A stretch of DNA of 63,996 bases, counting the filler, from Sphacelaria rigidula (lineage: Eukaryota): the NCBI GenBank assembly GCA_964200075.2. It is 4 parts of 4 records of this genome, joined end to end, with 100 filler letters (N's around TTAATTAATTAA, not from the genome) between each part and the next. Parts side by side here need not be neighbours in the genome. Positions count along the whole stretch, not along the records: positions 1 to 16,044 come from CAXNAA020001507.1; 3 more parts are not named here. One strand, written 5' to 3'. A program made the position numbers and the translations under genes. Below are positions 1 through 12,589 of the stretch, in pieces. The number at the start of each line of letters is the position of its first letter. The stretch's first letter is position 1. The notes under the pieces were generated by a model, which saw only the letters and a program-made list of their open reading frames with translations, did no database searches and had not been told where the DNA came from.

Positions 1-39
1 CATAGATCAGTACATATACGTCCGGTTTTTTCATACTTC

Positions 40-420
40 ATCCGCTCAGACGAAGTAGCTGCGAGTGCATTGAGGCCACAGTGATGAAGCGAACCCTCCT
101 ACACGCCGGCCGCGTTGTGCGCATGCACGATGAACGCCTCCCCAATATCGTCATGCGGAGAGTCATGGTTAGGGGGAAGACGAGGGTAGGCCGACCAGCA
201 AGGCGCCTACAACACTGTATCACGGACTACTGTTCGTACTTCGGAATGGATGCGACAACGTGAACGCAGGTTGCCCAAGATGTGCCCGAATGTTCCCGAG
301 TTGTAGAGGAGGGGGCTAACATGTACATGGCAGCCTGAACGAAAGCACGCCACGCTGCATTTTGCTGTGCTACCACTAGAGCTCTCCCAGTGCCTACCGA
401 GGACCTCCAAAAGTAACCAG
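40..420 (+). mobile_element. Degenerate 3' fragment of an RTE-like non-LTR retrotransposon
   Basis: Translation LHAGRVVRMHDERLPNIVM...GKTRVGRPARRL matches the RTE C-terminal pattern (W.GHV.RM.D.RLP...G.R..GRP..R); it is interrupted by stops. Confidence 0.7.
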
Positions 421-1364
421 TAGTCCATCTTTGAGTCAGGTTCACTTAGAGTTAGTGTTAACCCTAACCCTAATCGGGTAGTACACTCACTATTACATCT
501 GCCGTCTTTCCGAACAGCTGTGGTGGTGGTCTATGAGGGTGCTTGTTTTCTTTTTTTAGTTGCCCCCGGCTTGGTGGCCGTGCTAATCCCTTTCTGTCAT
601 CTGTCTTTTTTTGTGTTTCCTTTTCTTTCCCTCTTCTCTGTGTGCTTTTCTTGGCAGATCTGAAGTTTTGTTTTGTTTCGTCTCCACCCCGTTGAACTCG
701 GGGAAGCCAATTTTCATGTTTTTCTCGGCGTCTCTCTTCTTATTTTCATTTTGTTAATAATTAGTTGATTGCTATTGTTCTTGTCATTGAGCTGGAGTCT
801 AGAACAAGATGGTGGAGGACTTCATGTCTGTAAATAATAGTAGGGACGGTATTGGAAAGACGAGCCTACGTCTGTGACCACGCGTTCGAGAGATCGGACT
901 AATGTGCGGCAATCATAATAATATCCAAATATAAATTATCCTTTTCTGAACAATATTCTACACTTGACGCTCGGACTGAAGAGGAGAAAACTGTCCCTCT
1001 TCTCTATCGTCCCGCAGAAGCAGTTTAAAAGACGATCCGTGACGAACGGTCGAGTTGTATGTCTACCCACAGGATCTGAAAACCCCGTAGCCTGGGATCC
1101 ACCGATTTACTCACTCACTCACTTACTCACTTAATCGATGCACAACAATTTAGTGTTTTTTTTAACGTTACGAACCCATCGACCAATAACGGGGGGTCCG
1201 ACGTACGTGCGCTGCTAGAACGCAGTGTGATGTGCGCCCTCCGCCCTCACCTATCTATCCACCTGCATTGTGTACCAGTACGATGGAATGTTGAGCTCTA
1301 TACTCCCCTGTGGACTGTTAGGCTAGGCATTTTATGTAATACCCACCACCTTCGAAACAAAAAT

Positions 1365-1720
1365 ATGTGCCCATGTGAGTGAGATGGTCCACGACTCCAT
1401 CTTGAGCAAATTTTGTTGTGCAAACACGGCTGGCACTCATCCAACACCTCACGGATCGTCGTCAAACAAAGAGCAAGAGTCAGCGTCAGGCGTCAGCCGC
1501 ACTGTGCACCAGTACCGTAGAATGCTGAGCTCCATACTCAAACGGGAATTTGTTACACTGTCTCCTGTGTGTACATACTGCATGTATTGTATGCCCATCA
1601 TCTCGGAAACAAGTGCGCCCATGTAAAAAGGTGCACGACTTTACTCATCTGGAGCAAATTTTGTTGAGCAAAAACGGCTGGCCTTCATTCAACACCACAC
1701 GGATTGCCGTGAAACAAAAG
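1365..1720. repeat. Diverged direct repeat pair (~110-130 bp)
   Basis: The gagcaaattttgttg.gcaaa.acggctggc...aacacc.cacggat...aaacaaa block occurs at ~1403-1470 and ~1652-1719. Confidence 0.7.
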
Positions 1721-2599
1721 CACTGTGTATGGACTAGCAAGAGCTAGCACCAGGCGTGTTGCACTCATGCATTACATGTCTGTGCGTGTTCTCAAGGTGT
1801 AACGTGGTTCAGTGATGTGTTTCAGTCACGCGTGTTGAGATTTCCAAACCTGTCTCGAAACGAATTTCCGTCAAACGAGGCTGATGTGTGTACATTATAG
1901 GAAGGGCTACCGCTAATGCCCACAGACTAGGAAGGAAATGCAACCTACAGTAGTGGGCGGCCTAACTAATCATATTGTGGTATTTTGGGATTTTTTCGTA
2001 TTTGGCGATTTTCGTGGGCTCTTTTCGCTTGCCACCGACTATCACATTGAGGATCTGAAGATATTTGTATCCGCTCCACATTCCGAGGAAAAAACGAGTG
2101 ACTTACGGGCTGACCGTTCATCGGGGGTCCTGCCACGTTTCAGCCCAGATTCTCACTCTTCGATATTTTCGGTCGATCGAGCCTGTCCCGATCATATTTG
2201 TGAAGAAATGTGCAGTTGCAGTTTTTCTGAAATTCTACCTGATCATTGAACTAGAGCCGGAAAACTGTGTTTCACGGTTAAAAACACCCACCTGATAAAC
2301 GGGGTATTTACTCGTATCGCCCGATAACACCAACTAACACTGACTTGGGCACTGTATTTCGAGGATGTTCATTGTGCCAAGATCTACCGACGCTAGCAAT
2401 TTCGAGTTCTATTATTTAGTCGTACGCGAGGAAAACCCCGAAACACCCCTGAATAGTTGGACCGCACACTACTGTAATGCACGTATCTTTTCGTGTTTTT
2501 TCAGGGCTCGGTGTTTATATGCTATGTTGCCGCCTTGCGTCTCCCGTACCGTAACAGTAAAGTTAACCGGCGTTGGGCTACAATACGTTCATGGTTGAT

Positions 2600-2815
2600 A
2601 TTACTTGATTTGGGTGTGAACAATCGGAATCGGATCTTTAGTGAGGCTGACAGGCCCGTGTGCCCCTCGCGTGTGCAAAACGCGTTTTCGTTCAAATCGG
2701 CGCCACAGGCTCCGGTTCGGGGTCTACCAATGCCACATTTTACCTAGGAAACTCAACGCACCTCCCTTCCCGGAGGGTTCTCGGTACGCCTGGGGTTAGC
2801 GTTAGGGTTGGGTGT
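2600..2815 (-). repeat. Dispersed repeat module with CCCTAA-like units (copy 1)
   Basis: Its reverse complement aligns with 4010-4247 and 49080-49300 (ccctaac...ggc.taccgagaaccctc...aaatcaagt). Confidence 0.7.
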
Positions 2816-4009
2816 AGCGCCTCCACCACCGAAACCTAACAGCTCCCGTTCTGGTTAACTGAACCTTGAAATACGCTTAGGACCGGGCTGTTGGGCAATG
2901 CCTGCCCTGCAACCGCTAGAGTGTCACTGCTTGCGTTGGGATCTGGGTGGTGTTCACGCCACCGCTGACCTGCCATTGATTGCTGTTGGACAGTGAGTGA
3001 TGTTCACGTCACCTCTGGAGTGCCACTGCTTATCGTTTGGCAGTGATTAATGTTCATGCCACTTTTGAATTGATTCTGACCAAGAATCTCCCCCCCCCCC
3101 CTCCTACCCCCCTTTGCGTATTTTTCCCAGTAACAATTGTGGTGGTCGAGCTAGATCATGTTGTGCGGCGTGGGATAACCTCAACTCCGCACAATGGGAA
3201 TGATCGCACTACGTAGTGTTTAGATGGTGAGACACCCATGAGGCAGTGTTTAAGTCGTCGCTGTCTCTGGAAGTCGCGATACCAGACAATAACGCAACTC
3301 ATTGGAGGTGGTCACCCAAATGTAAGACAAGCAGTAGGCTTCGGGCGGAACAGGATGCAGCTCACCCTTCATGTGACTCGCCGAACATACCAAGGCGCTT
3401 CGCGCTTGGGGATTGAGTGCGAGCNNNNNNNNNTCCCGGCTATGAAGGGATGCGAGGGGAATGGTCTCATGACTATGGCATGCATGATCATGAGTACACC
3501 CCCCAACCCCAGCCCCCTCTGCCCACCCTCATTTTTCATTTGCTTTAATTGAGGACGGTGGGTTGGTCGGGCGACTCCTTCGAGGGATAGACTTCGATAC
3601 CCCACTTCTCCTCGGCGGTGTGTGCGATTTTAGGACTGTTTTTTGCGTTGTGCGCTCGGAGTCTGAATGCATCAATTCAAAACGTTTTTCCCAGTAGAGG
3701 CCCTGCACTCAACAAAATAAATCGGGGAATTACTTATTCTTGCAGGTTCTGAGGGTACGCGCGAAAGACTCTTGAAAAAAGGTTCGACCTGGGATGTATC
3801 AGCGTTGTGGAGGTGTACGTGGCGTCTGAGCAGAGAGGGCATCACTTTAACCCTCCGACAGCGACCGTTGCGTTGGAACAGTTCCACAGGATGGCAGTCC
3901 AGGGAAATCCGGAGGTTTGGAGGGGAAAGCGGGGTTTTTGACAGGGGGATGGGGGGGGGGGCGACCTGAAGATATGTTCGAAAACAATGCTTGGTATTAT
4001 TGAGGTGCC

Positions 4010-4247
4010 GCCAACCGTAACCCTAACGCTAACCCTAACCCTAACCCTAACACCGATGAAGGCATACCGAGAACCCTCGGGCAAGGGGGGTGCAGAGTGT
4101 TTCCTAAGTAAGGCGTGCCTTGCGAGACCTCAAAGCAGCACCTGCGGCGTCGATTTTGCACGAAAACACGTTCTGGACGAGCTGGGTCTACTGCTCACCT
4201 GCCCCAAACCATACATTTCGTCAAAACGTTCATTCTGAAATCAAGTA
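4010..4247 (+). repeat. Dispersed repeat module with (CCCTAA)n (copy 2)
   Basis: ccgtaaccctaacgctaaccctaaccctaaccctaa is followed by gaaggcataccgagaaccctcggg, which is shared with 49080-49300. Confidence 0.75.
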
Positions 4248-5577
4248 AAGTCAAGTACTAACCATTGTTCACGAACATATCTTCAAGTCTACTGGGGTGG
4301 AGGCCTGTTCGCTGTCCAACCGAAAAGCTCACCAAGTCAACCATGTGTGTTTCGAATTTTCCCGCGGATTTGTTCATGTCAGATTTAAGCCAGGAACGAG
4401 TCCCTAGAGGAGCTGAGTGACCATTCTGACCGACTACGGCTATCAAAATGGTCACTTTGTTCCCCTACAGGTTGACTACTTCGCTGTCTAGCTGTCTATT
4501 CCCCATCATGATCATGAAAATCCAACAACGGATTACATGGGCACAAATATCGTGCTTTTTACTCTGCTCGCGATCTGTCCCGCCTGGCTCTCACCTCATG
4601 TATTACCAGCAGAGCTTCGTGCTGCCTGTAGTTTTGTTGTGGAGCACTGAGCACAGACATCAGCAGCATGCAGCAGACTGCGTCCAGTGGAGAGCGATTC
4701 CACGCTTATTGGCTCTTGCCGTTGTATCCAGCCAATACATACAGCACACGCACTGACTCCGTATGCAATTGACAGGAACGTCAAAATCGGTCAGCGTTTT
4801 TTGGAGACTCTTTTCTATACAGATGCCCAACACCCGCATGTTGATGAAAAAAGGCGTTTCGTATAGCGAGAAAGAGCTGTTCAGATCCCCCAACGTGGCA
4901 TAGTCCATCGGACTCCATCTGAGAGGGGTTCACAGTCTAAGGGCTAACGCACGATTTCTCCATTTCAAGGACGTCGTCTACAATCAAGTGTATCCAAGGA
5001 AACGAAGAAAAGCGGTCGATGGTCGGTAAAACGTCGAACAGCTCGCACATTTTTTTAAGGCTAATATCCCCCACCCCCCGTTAGCACCCCTGGCGGCCAG
5101 GCTTACTCTATTCTTCCGTGGTGGTGACGGTTAGCCGTGAGGTTTGAAGTCCTTATCTGCTTATACTAAAAAACAACGGTATATGTCAGGGTCATTTTTT
5201 TGTTTTTCACCATTTTGTTGACCTTCACGCATGTGAGACCCGTGGCGTTGATGTCTGCGGTCTTCCTGCCACGCGCGTCAGCCGTGACTCACCACTAGCA
5301 AGAACATTCATATTCAATAATCGATAATCGATGGCGTGGTGTCGCAGGGGGAGTGGTAGGAGTGGTCATCATCCAATGTTCAATGGTCGGTCATGATGTA
5401 CGAGACTGTATGATATCTTCCCGTGCAAGGGGAAAGACGAGTTGATTATTCGAGACAAATTGCACCGACTCGACACGACTCGATAGGGAAATATAATGAA
5501 ATCAACGATGCTCCCCCTGCCCGCCGCATTCCCCTTATTCTCGACCCTGTTCGAATGGTCATGGCTCACCTGTGCAG

Positions 5578-5740
5578 GGTATTTTACATCGAGCGTTCCC
5601 GTACGCCAGCTTGTCGGATCTGAGTTTTTTGCAAAAAAACAGCTTCATCGCGGGAGTGACAAATCCAATGTTCGAGTCACGGAGGGAGTGGTGGGACGTG
5701 TTATGTCAGCTCGATTTGCCCAATAACTCTGGGACCGTGG
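5578..5740 (+). CDS. Internal exon of an Afi1/MesA-like (SPA / DENN-superfamily) protein; 3' boundary approximate
   Basis: tgcag acceptor, then GILHRAFPYASLSDLSFLQKNSFIAGVTNPMFESRREWWDVLC. This matches the FPY..L......FIAGVTNP.F....WWD.LC motif of MesA/Afi1 as I recall it. Confidence 0.8.
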
Positions 5741-6582
5741 TTATGGGCGAGAGTGTGTTGTCCGAGGCATGGAGGAGGTACGGGCAAGATGACTGGTGGC
5801 GGGGGGTAAAGAAAGTGCCGCCCGATAAGAATACTTTTACTTCACACGAGAAAATGGAGAAATACAGTGAAAGGATGGTTCTGTGCACAGCGTTTTGGCA
5901 TAGCACAACACCCACACGTCATTTTCTCGCACGCACAAGTTCTACCATGGATCAGCGAACCGCTCCCCGGCGAGACTGATTGAATAAACCGTGGTTCATT
6001 TCACTACTTTCACTATCTCGTACGTAACGCTCATCCTGTACTGTTAGGGGAGTATATTACCTCACTCTGCTTGGACGAGGCTCGTTCGGCTTTTGCCACC
6101 AAGGGATGCATGACCGAGGTGTTGGGGGCAGGTATTTCTTTCAAGTTGTTCCGTCATTTCTGAACAGACCCTGTAATCGTAGGGGGGGTGGGGTCTGTCA
6201 CTTGTCGTATGTTCCGTGGGTGCAGCACTTAAGCGGGGATGGGAAAAAGATAACAGTTGGATTTGGTTCGCGAGTGGTTTCGTGAAAGCTGCGATGGTCG
6301 GTTAAACGATTTTTCAACTCGCGTCGGAAGTAATGGCGACTGATATTGGAAAGTGGGGACATTTTCCCGGGTATCAACCTTGTGCGATCTCGGCGGGTAC
6401 ATGCTAGAGCACATAATTAAGTCGTACGATTGACCCTTCCTTCCAAATTTGTTGAACATATCCTGCCTCTCTTTTTTCGAAGAAACCGAACGCGTGTGAA
6501 ATTTACCACTGGATGTGCGTACCACGATGCACTCATTACGCGTTACACTGTATCACTACCACACTGCCGTCGCCTGGCAAAG

Positions 6583-7056
6583 AACCAAACGCCTCCCCGT
6601 ACCCCCGCCACCCCCCCGCGCTTCTCCCCTGCCGCCCGCCCCAAACGCTCGCATAATAACACCGTCAGCGGTCAACGACAAAAGGGCGGCGGAGGTGGAG
6701 GGAGTAGCTCTGGACACGTGAGCACCTTAAGCGGCGGACTTGGCGGGTGGGCAGGAGTAGTAACTGCAAACCATGGGAATCCTACGGCGAGCGGTAGTGG
6801 CGGGAGTGCAGATGCTGGGGATGCGGGGGGGGGCGGATCGGGGGGCGGCGGGGTTTCATCGCATTTATCGAAAGAGCTCTTGTTTTCGGGGGATACGTCG
6901 TTTATCACGAGGCTGCTGGCAGGGATCAAGGCTGGCAAGGGGGAGCCCTGGGCGCGAAGTGAGTTTCACGATTACACGCAAGGGTTGGTGAACTTGGCTC
7001 TTGACAGGGAGTCTGGATTGCTCGGCGTGCTCTCCGCGCCTGGACTGTTGCTTAAG
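6583..7056 (+). CDS. Following exon of the Afi1/MesA-like gene (Gly-rich linker plus conserved helical block)
   Basis: Open frame ending in DTSFITRLLAGIKAGKGEPWARSEFHDYTQGLVNLA, which resembles the MesA D..F...I.....GE...R..F.DY block. Strong donor AAG|gtgaga at 7057; the acceptor is approximate. Confidence 0.7.
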
Positions 7057-10000
7057 GTGAGAGATGTGAGCCGCCGGGCGGGGGGCTGAGAAGAGGCAGC
7101 GGGATTTGTATTCCGTGTTGTTTCCCTCGTGGGTTTGGGAAGCGGGTTGCTCATAGGAGTCGGAAAGAGGTGGCCTCTTGACCCCATTTGTCATGCACCA
7201 CGAACGTGACACTAGATGTTGGTCGTACCTTGTCGAATGCCTTGCCTTTCACATGATGTACGGAGTGGTGGTCTGTCTCATGGGAGGTCGTTTTCGTTGG
7301 CTTGTGGGACAGGATTACGCTCAACCCGCTGTGTTGATGTTCTCGGCGACGCCTTCACGTCGAAATGCCCGGTTTTGTCGTTCAAGATTTTTTGTTCATC
7401 AGCTACCGCGTCCACTTTTTTGAGTGCCCAAGTCTCCGGAAATCACAACTAGAACAACAAGGTCGCTTGATTTTGAATTGCGCGTAGCAATTATTTTCGG
7501 GTATTGTTTTCGAGCTGTTGGGTTTACGGCTGTACAGATCACTTGCATCAGAGAGTTCTGCTGAACGGTACTGCGTGTGCTTGGGTGTTCATCAGCCCCC
7601 GCCGTCATACAAGTGCCTCTGGAACGACAGTACACTGTTCAAAGTATAAGATACCGCCAGTGACAGAGCAACACCGCTGGCTGGACGCCAGCCATAGGCA
7701 CACCCGCCTACACACGAAAGGGCAGTATACCACGCCAGAAACACTTGAAAATGGCTGCGTGGTGTGGCTGTGTTGAGCGTTGTAGGTTACCATCTATAGT
7801 AATATGCTGGAACAAGTCAACCTCCCCATACAACTCCTCCGACGAGGAACCGTCCAGTGCGTAATGTGGACTATCTCCGTGGTTCCTCGTCAGTGCCGTG
7901 ATGACGCCAATCAACTCACTAAGGTGTGGCATGAGATTTCGCCTGCGTGGGAAGGCCGGGTGCACCCCGAGCGAACGGCTAAAATGCACTCATAGCTTGT
8001 GGAGATTTGGTGAACACCCTCATCGTCGGTGTTGTCGGTCGACTTGAGACCGCAAGCAGCACACCCATTTTTTAGGCGTTATTTGGGGCTGTAGGGTTGA
8101 CGGTGGTGACCATTTCTCGCGACGCAGCGCCTCCGAATACCTCATGTGTCCCCGTATCTGCATATTTCTATGAGTACAGTACGTGCATCACAGCCACGGG
8201 TACATTGTCTTGTTATTGTCTGCCTGTGCTACTTATTTGTGATTATTTTGCACACCTACATCCCCTTCCCTCTCCTTCACCCTCCTCGGAACGATCCGTC
8301 GTCTTGAGTCGTCTCAAAGGATCATGCCATTCTTTTCTATTCACGTCCTGATGCCTCCAACAGCTGAAATCAGATACTCCTCGGAAATTGTGTCTCGTAG
8401 CACGTCTGGCGGGAGTCGAAGCTGACCCGTACTCTCCCTTCCGATCCCATTGATTCTACAGTATTATACTTGTACGGGTTACATGGCCAGAGCGCGGCGG
8501 CAATGGCGGCATATACTGGGCTGTATTAAAACTGTCTGTTCACCACGGTGGTTGGTTGATACCATTCTTTTGGTGTTTCTTACTTGGTGTTGTGATGGGC
8601 GAGGTCGGAGCGAAATGTTCGTCCTCGTGCTTGATGCGCTGCTGCGTCAGTGCTTTATGGCGAGATGTTTGTGATTGCCAAAGCCATGACGACCTGCGAA
8701 TACTTTCATGTAGTACTGTATAGCAGACGGAGATTCTATCGCTGCGTAGGAGCTGGTCGGCATTGCATCGTCGGGGATTGGGTGCGTTGCGAGGTACCGG
8801 TGTCTGAACGTTGAAGCTACTGTATTGAACGTTGTGATGAATGAATCGGAGTAGAATATTCTGTGTGTTGTGCCGACCAAAACAAAATGCGGATTGCTGC
8901 CTCTGTCCCAACCCCGTTGGTATCTCTTGCAATAGACAGTGTCCTGACACACTCGTTGTATCTTGGCTGACGCGGAGAGACTAGGCGTCACGACAAAATC
9001 TGTGCTGTGTCGCAATGTCTGCCTGAGAAGAACTGCGTCTGGAGAAGGGAGAAGGCTGAGATTGGGCGTGGCTTATATAACCCGTTTGGGATGTTCGCAG
9101 TCGAACTCGGCCCCTAGCCAGCAAATTGTGACAACCTCGAGTCTCAAGCCGGCATCGGGAAATTATACATCGGAGGAGTGTGTGTGATGCAGGGTTCACG
9201 AGCAGTCTGTGAAACGGTGCGACAATGATATCTTTTCATGCCGCGAGAAAAACGACCCGTCAGAGAGTCAGAGACGGAGCAATCTCACCTCTATGAAGTG
9301 CCTTGATGCCACTACGTACTTGACTGTAGTGGCTACATGGCTATATGACTACGAGCTGGGCCAGCTTAAAAACGGCCAAACGTTGTCCACACTACAGCTT
9401 TCCCATTTTCCCGGATGAACCTGATGTGAGCATATCACTGTAAGGTGCAGACTAACCTGGTGACGCACGGCACCGCCGCTGAATAAATAAACAAATAAAG
9501 AAAATGCACTGCATACTAAATGATTTTAACTACGGAAAAAAAAACGAAATGAATCTGTCGAGATTCGAACTCATGACCTCCATTTTTGGAGTCTCGTAGA
9601 ATTACAGGGGTGCAGCAGCGTCACGCAAAACGTTGCACCCACGGCCCAACTCGATGCTTTTGAGCTGAAATTTCATGAAGACCTTCTGCACCCAAGGAAA
9701 TGATACATCACCGGACCAGCTGCAGATTCTCGCATTTTTCCTTGACTCATCACATTATCTTGTTTTTGCTGAAATTTCAAATCCCCCTACTTTTTTTTTT
9801 TTCTTCGCTTCTCTCGTCATATTCTGCACGTCTATCATAATATGCTGCTGTCAAGATTTCAGCGTCCAACTCCTAATTTACGCTGTGCGTCGCCTGAGCG
9901 AAAAAACTCCCGACTGTTGGCTGGCCCAGCTCGTACATGAGCCGTGTTTCAACACAATGACAATGGCTACATGAGCCATGTTCCATAAACCTGTTACGCT

Positions 10001-10352
10001 GATTTTTAAACACGACAAGAGAGCTTATCCGTGCGAAGCTAGCGGCAGCGTCAAATACCTTCACCAACGCCGTGGTAACCGACCCTTGTAAGAGGCGGCA
10101 CATATCTACAAAGAGTTTGGATGATGGGCCACCGAGGTTGGATGCGCAGGCGTAAGCCGCTAAGGCGAAACCGGCGTGTGATCTATATTATATTACCTTT
10201 AGTGAGCATTTCGACGGTATCTTCCGTTTCTGTGTACCTCCTTTGGAATGAAATATATCTCCACGCATGTCGCACCTACTAAGATGGAACCACCACAATC
10301 CCGATGTATAGCTCAGACGTATGGTTACCGAGATGGAAAGTATCTGATGCGA

Positions 10353-10354
<2 letters not shown>

Positions 10355-10396
<42 letters not shown>
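10355..10396. repeat. (TTG)n microsatellite
   Basis: About 13 perfect TTG units. Confidence 0.95.
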
Positions 10397-11191
10397 TGTT
10401 GTCTTCACATTGAAAAACGGTTCTGATGCGGACGCCTTCCGTAGTCACAGGTCATCTAACCCAAAAAAAGGGTAAGAGAAAATGAAGAAAAAATAGGAAA
10501 CAGAAAAATTCACACAGACGCGATACAAAAACGTAACGGAGTGACAAACAAACACAATGATGAGAAGGAAAAAAAATGAAAAAATACCGCTAGCCTCCTC
10601 AGTTCCAATGCCGTATGCGACGATTTAGGTGGATATCGCATTTTGTCGTGAGGCCATGATCATTCTCCAGGCCTTGCCCCTACCCTAACCCTAACCTTGA
10701 AGGTCGCTGTGAGAAAGCCCGGCTTTTGTGTACAGTGGCAGTACTCAACACGTTTGACAGTACTGTATTACAGCACAGTATAGTACAGTACAGTACAAGA
10801 TGCGTTGTACGCGGTCGCGTTTGGGATGCCAGACTGAAAAATGACTTGAAGGATTGTGCAAAATGCGCAACTGCTGTTCCAGCTTCGGATCAGTATCCAT
10901 CGCCATTCTTTGTGCCAATGGTTCCGAGACGGTATCTCCAGAGGTGGTCGGTAGTGGTGTATTGGTGTCTTTGCCAAAGCACCGTGCTTGATTGAATTCG
11001 TTGACTCCGTCGCGTCTTCACTGTCTTGGGGCAGTAAACAACGCCACACAAACACTTGCGCAACACGGTGTGTCGAACATCCCATTGCCGATGCCGTGCG
11101 CTGCCAAATGTGAATTTGAGTGTCATGACCATTGTGTTGAGACGGTCTGTGGCACGATCATTTTGGGAGTCGCGTGTCGGAATAAATTTAG

Positions 11192-11432
11192 CATACGTCG
11201 GACGAGCACGAGTGTGACTCGTGGCAATCGCACTCGTTGGGCTGCTCGTTGGCCGTAAAAATTAATAGAGCGAGCACTCGAGTCATTGCTCGTTGCGGAA
11301 AAAGTAAGAGGGGAAGCACTCGAGTCATTGCCCGTTGTGGGGAAAAATATTAGGGCGAGCACTCGAGTCATTGCTCGTTGTGGGGAAAAATAATAGGACG
11401 AGCACTCGAGTCATCGCTCGTTGTTGAAAAAA
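11192..11432. repeat. Truncated MITE-like copy with ~43-bp tandem palindromic units
   Basis: Same leader as 12247 (catacgtcggacgagcacgagtgtgactcg), followed by about 4 units of cgagcactcgagtcattgctcgttg..aaaaa. Confidence 0.8.
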
Positions 11433-12246
11433 TTAACCCCTTTGGGACCGGGCCTCCAACACGACCAATGAGGCTGGCCAGGAATGACGTGTCTGGCGTC
11501 TGCACAAAACGGTGGCATGTTGCTGAAAATCCGCGTATGTAACCGCAGGGTTATGAGGAAGACTGAAAGTTTCATCCAATCTATTTTCAGGTGCAGGGTG
11601 CGCATTAGGTAATGCACATCTGATATAGCAAGCAGTATGTGTCGCCGTACAATAGAGAGCTTTCAACAGGATGCGGCGACCGGCGGGCCGCCCGCCACTT
11701 GTGGCTTTGGATGATATTATTGTCCCCATCACCTTTCCACACAGCCCTTTATGGTCAGGATGGGCCGCCCTTTCCTTCCTTGTTGCAAGCGGCAAATTAT
11801 CTTGGAAGGATATGGGCGTTGCGGTGCACATACATACAACAGTACAAAACAGTGCAGTACGCCTCTCCGAATGCAGCAGCAGCTGCCGCTGCATACTCCC
11901 TTACACGTTCTGGCCAGTGCTCAGCGATGGAGATCAGCTGTCTATACACAGCTTGTTCATCCCCGTCCACTACATACATGTTAACTGCACACTGCAAGTC
12001 ATGACGGTAGCTCCTATGAACGGCCCACCTGGGTTTAGTCCCTCCTGAAAAATGACCACATTGTGGCATGTACACTCGTTCCCGGTTTTTTCCACTCCAC
12101 CCTGTGTTAGTGTAACTACTACGTTTTAGTGTAGACTGGCGACCCAAAAAAACTCCTGGGAAATCCCGGGAACGCTATACTGAATGCAAGTAATACGATA
12201 AGCCATGCTCCGAGCATCCNNNNNNNNNNGAAACCTGGGAAGACTT

Positions 12247-12584
12247 CATACGTCGGACGAGCACGAGTGTGACTCGTGGCACTCGCGCTCCTTGGGCTGC
12301 TCGTTGGCCGTAAAAATTAACAGGGCGAGCACTTGAGTCACTGCTCGTCGCGGAAAAAATGAATAGGGCGAGCACTCGAGTCACTGCTCGTTGTGGAAAA
12401 AATGAATAGGGCGAGCACTCGTGTCATTGCTCGTTGTGGGGAAAAATTAATAGGGCGAGCACTCGAGTCATTGCTCGTTGTGGAAAAAATTAGTAGGGTG
12501 AGCACTCGAGTCATGCTCGTTGTGTTTTTGTAAAACACCCGGGAGTGCACTCGTCTGAACGAGTAATGACTCGTCCGACCTGTG
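12247..12584. mobile_element. MITE-like element with ~15-bp TIRs and an internal ~43-bp tandem array
   Basis: Ends are catacgtcggacgag ... ctcgtccgacctgtg (imperfect inverted repeat), with about 5 internal units. Confidence 0.7.
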
Positions 12585-12589
12585 AAATA

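Noticed and set aside
4016-4050. True telomere
   Set aside because: Only a few units, internal, and embedded in a dispersed repeat. Similar short runs occur at ~460 and ~10682.
8340-10150. Further exons of the Afi1/MesA-like gene (e.g. ~8750-8793, ~10020-10150)
   Set aside because: Splice-like signals are present but there is no recognisable conserved peptide, so they cannot be supported without RNA-seq.
11270-12520. CRISPR-like palindromic repeats
   Set aside because: The linkers are near-identical A-rich sequences, not unique spacers, and the array is bounded by TIR-like ends.
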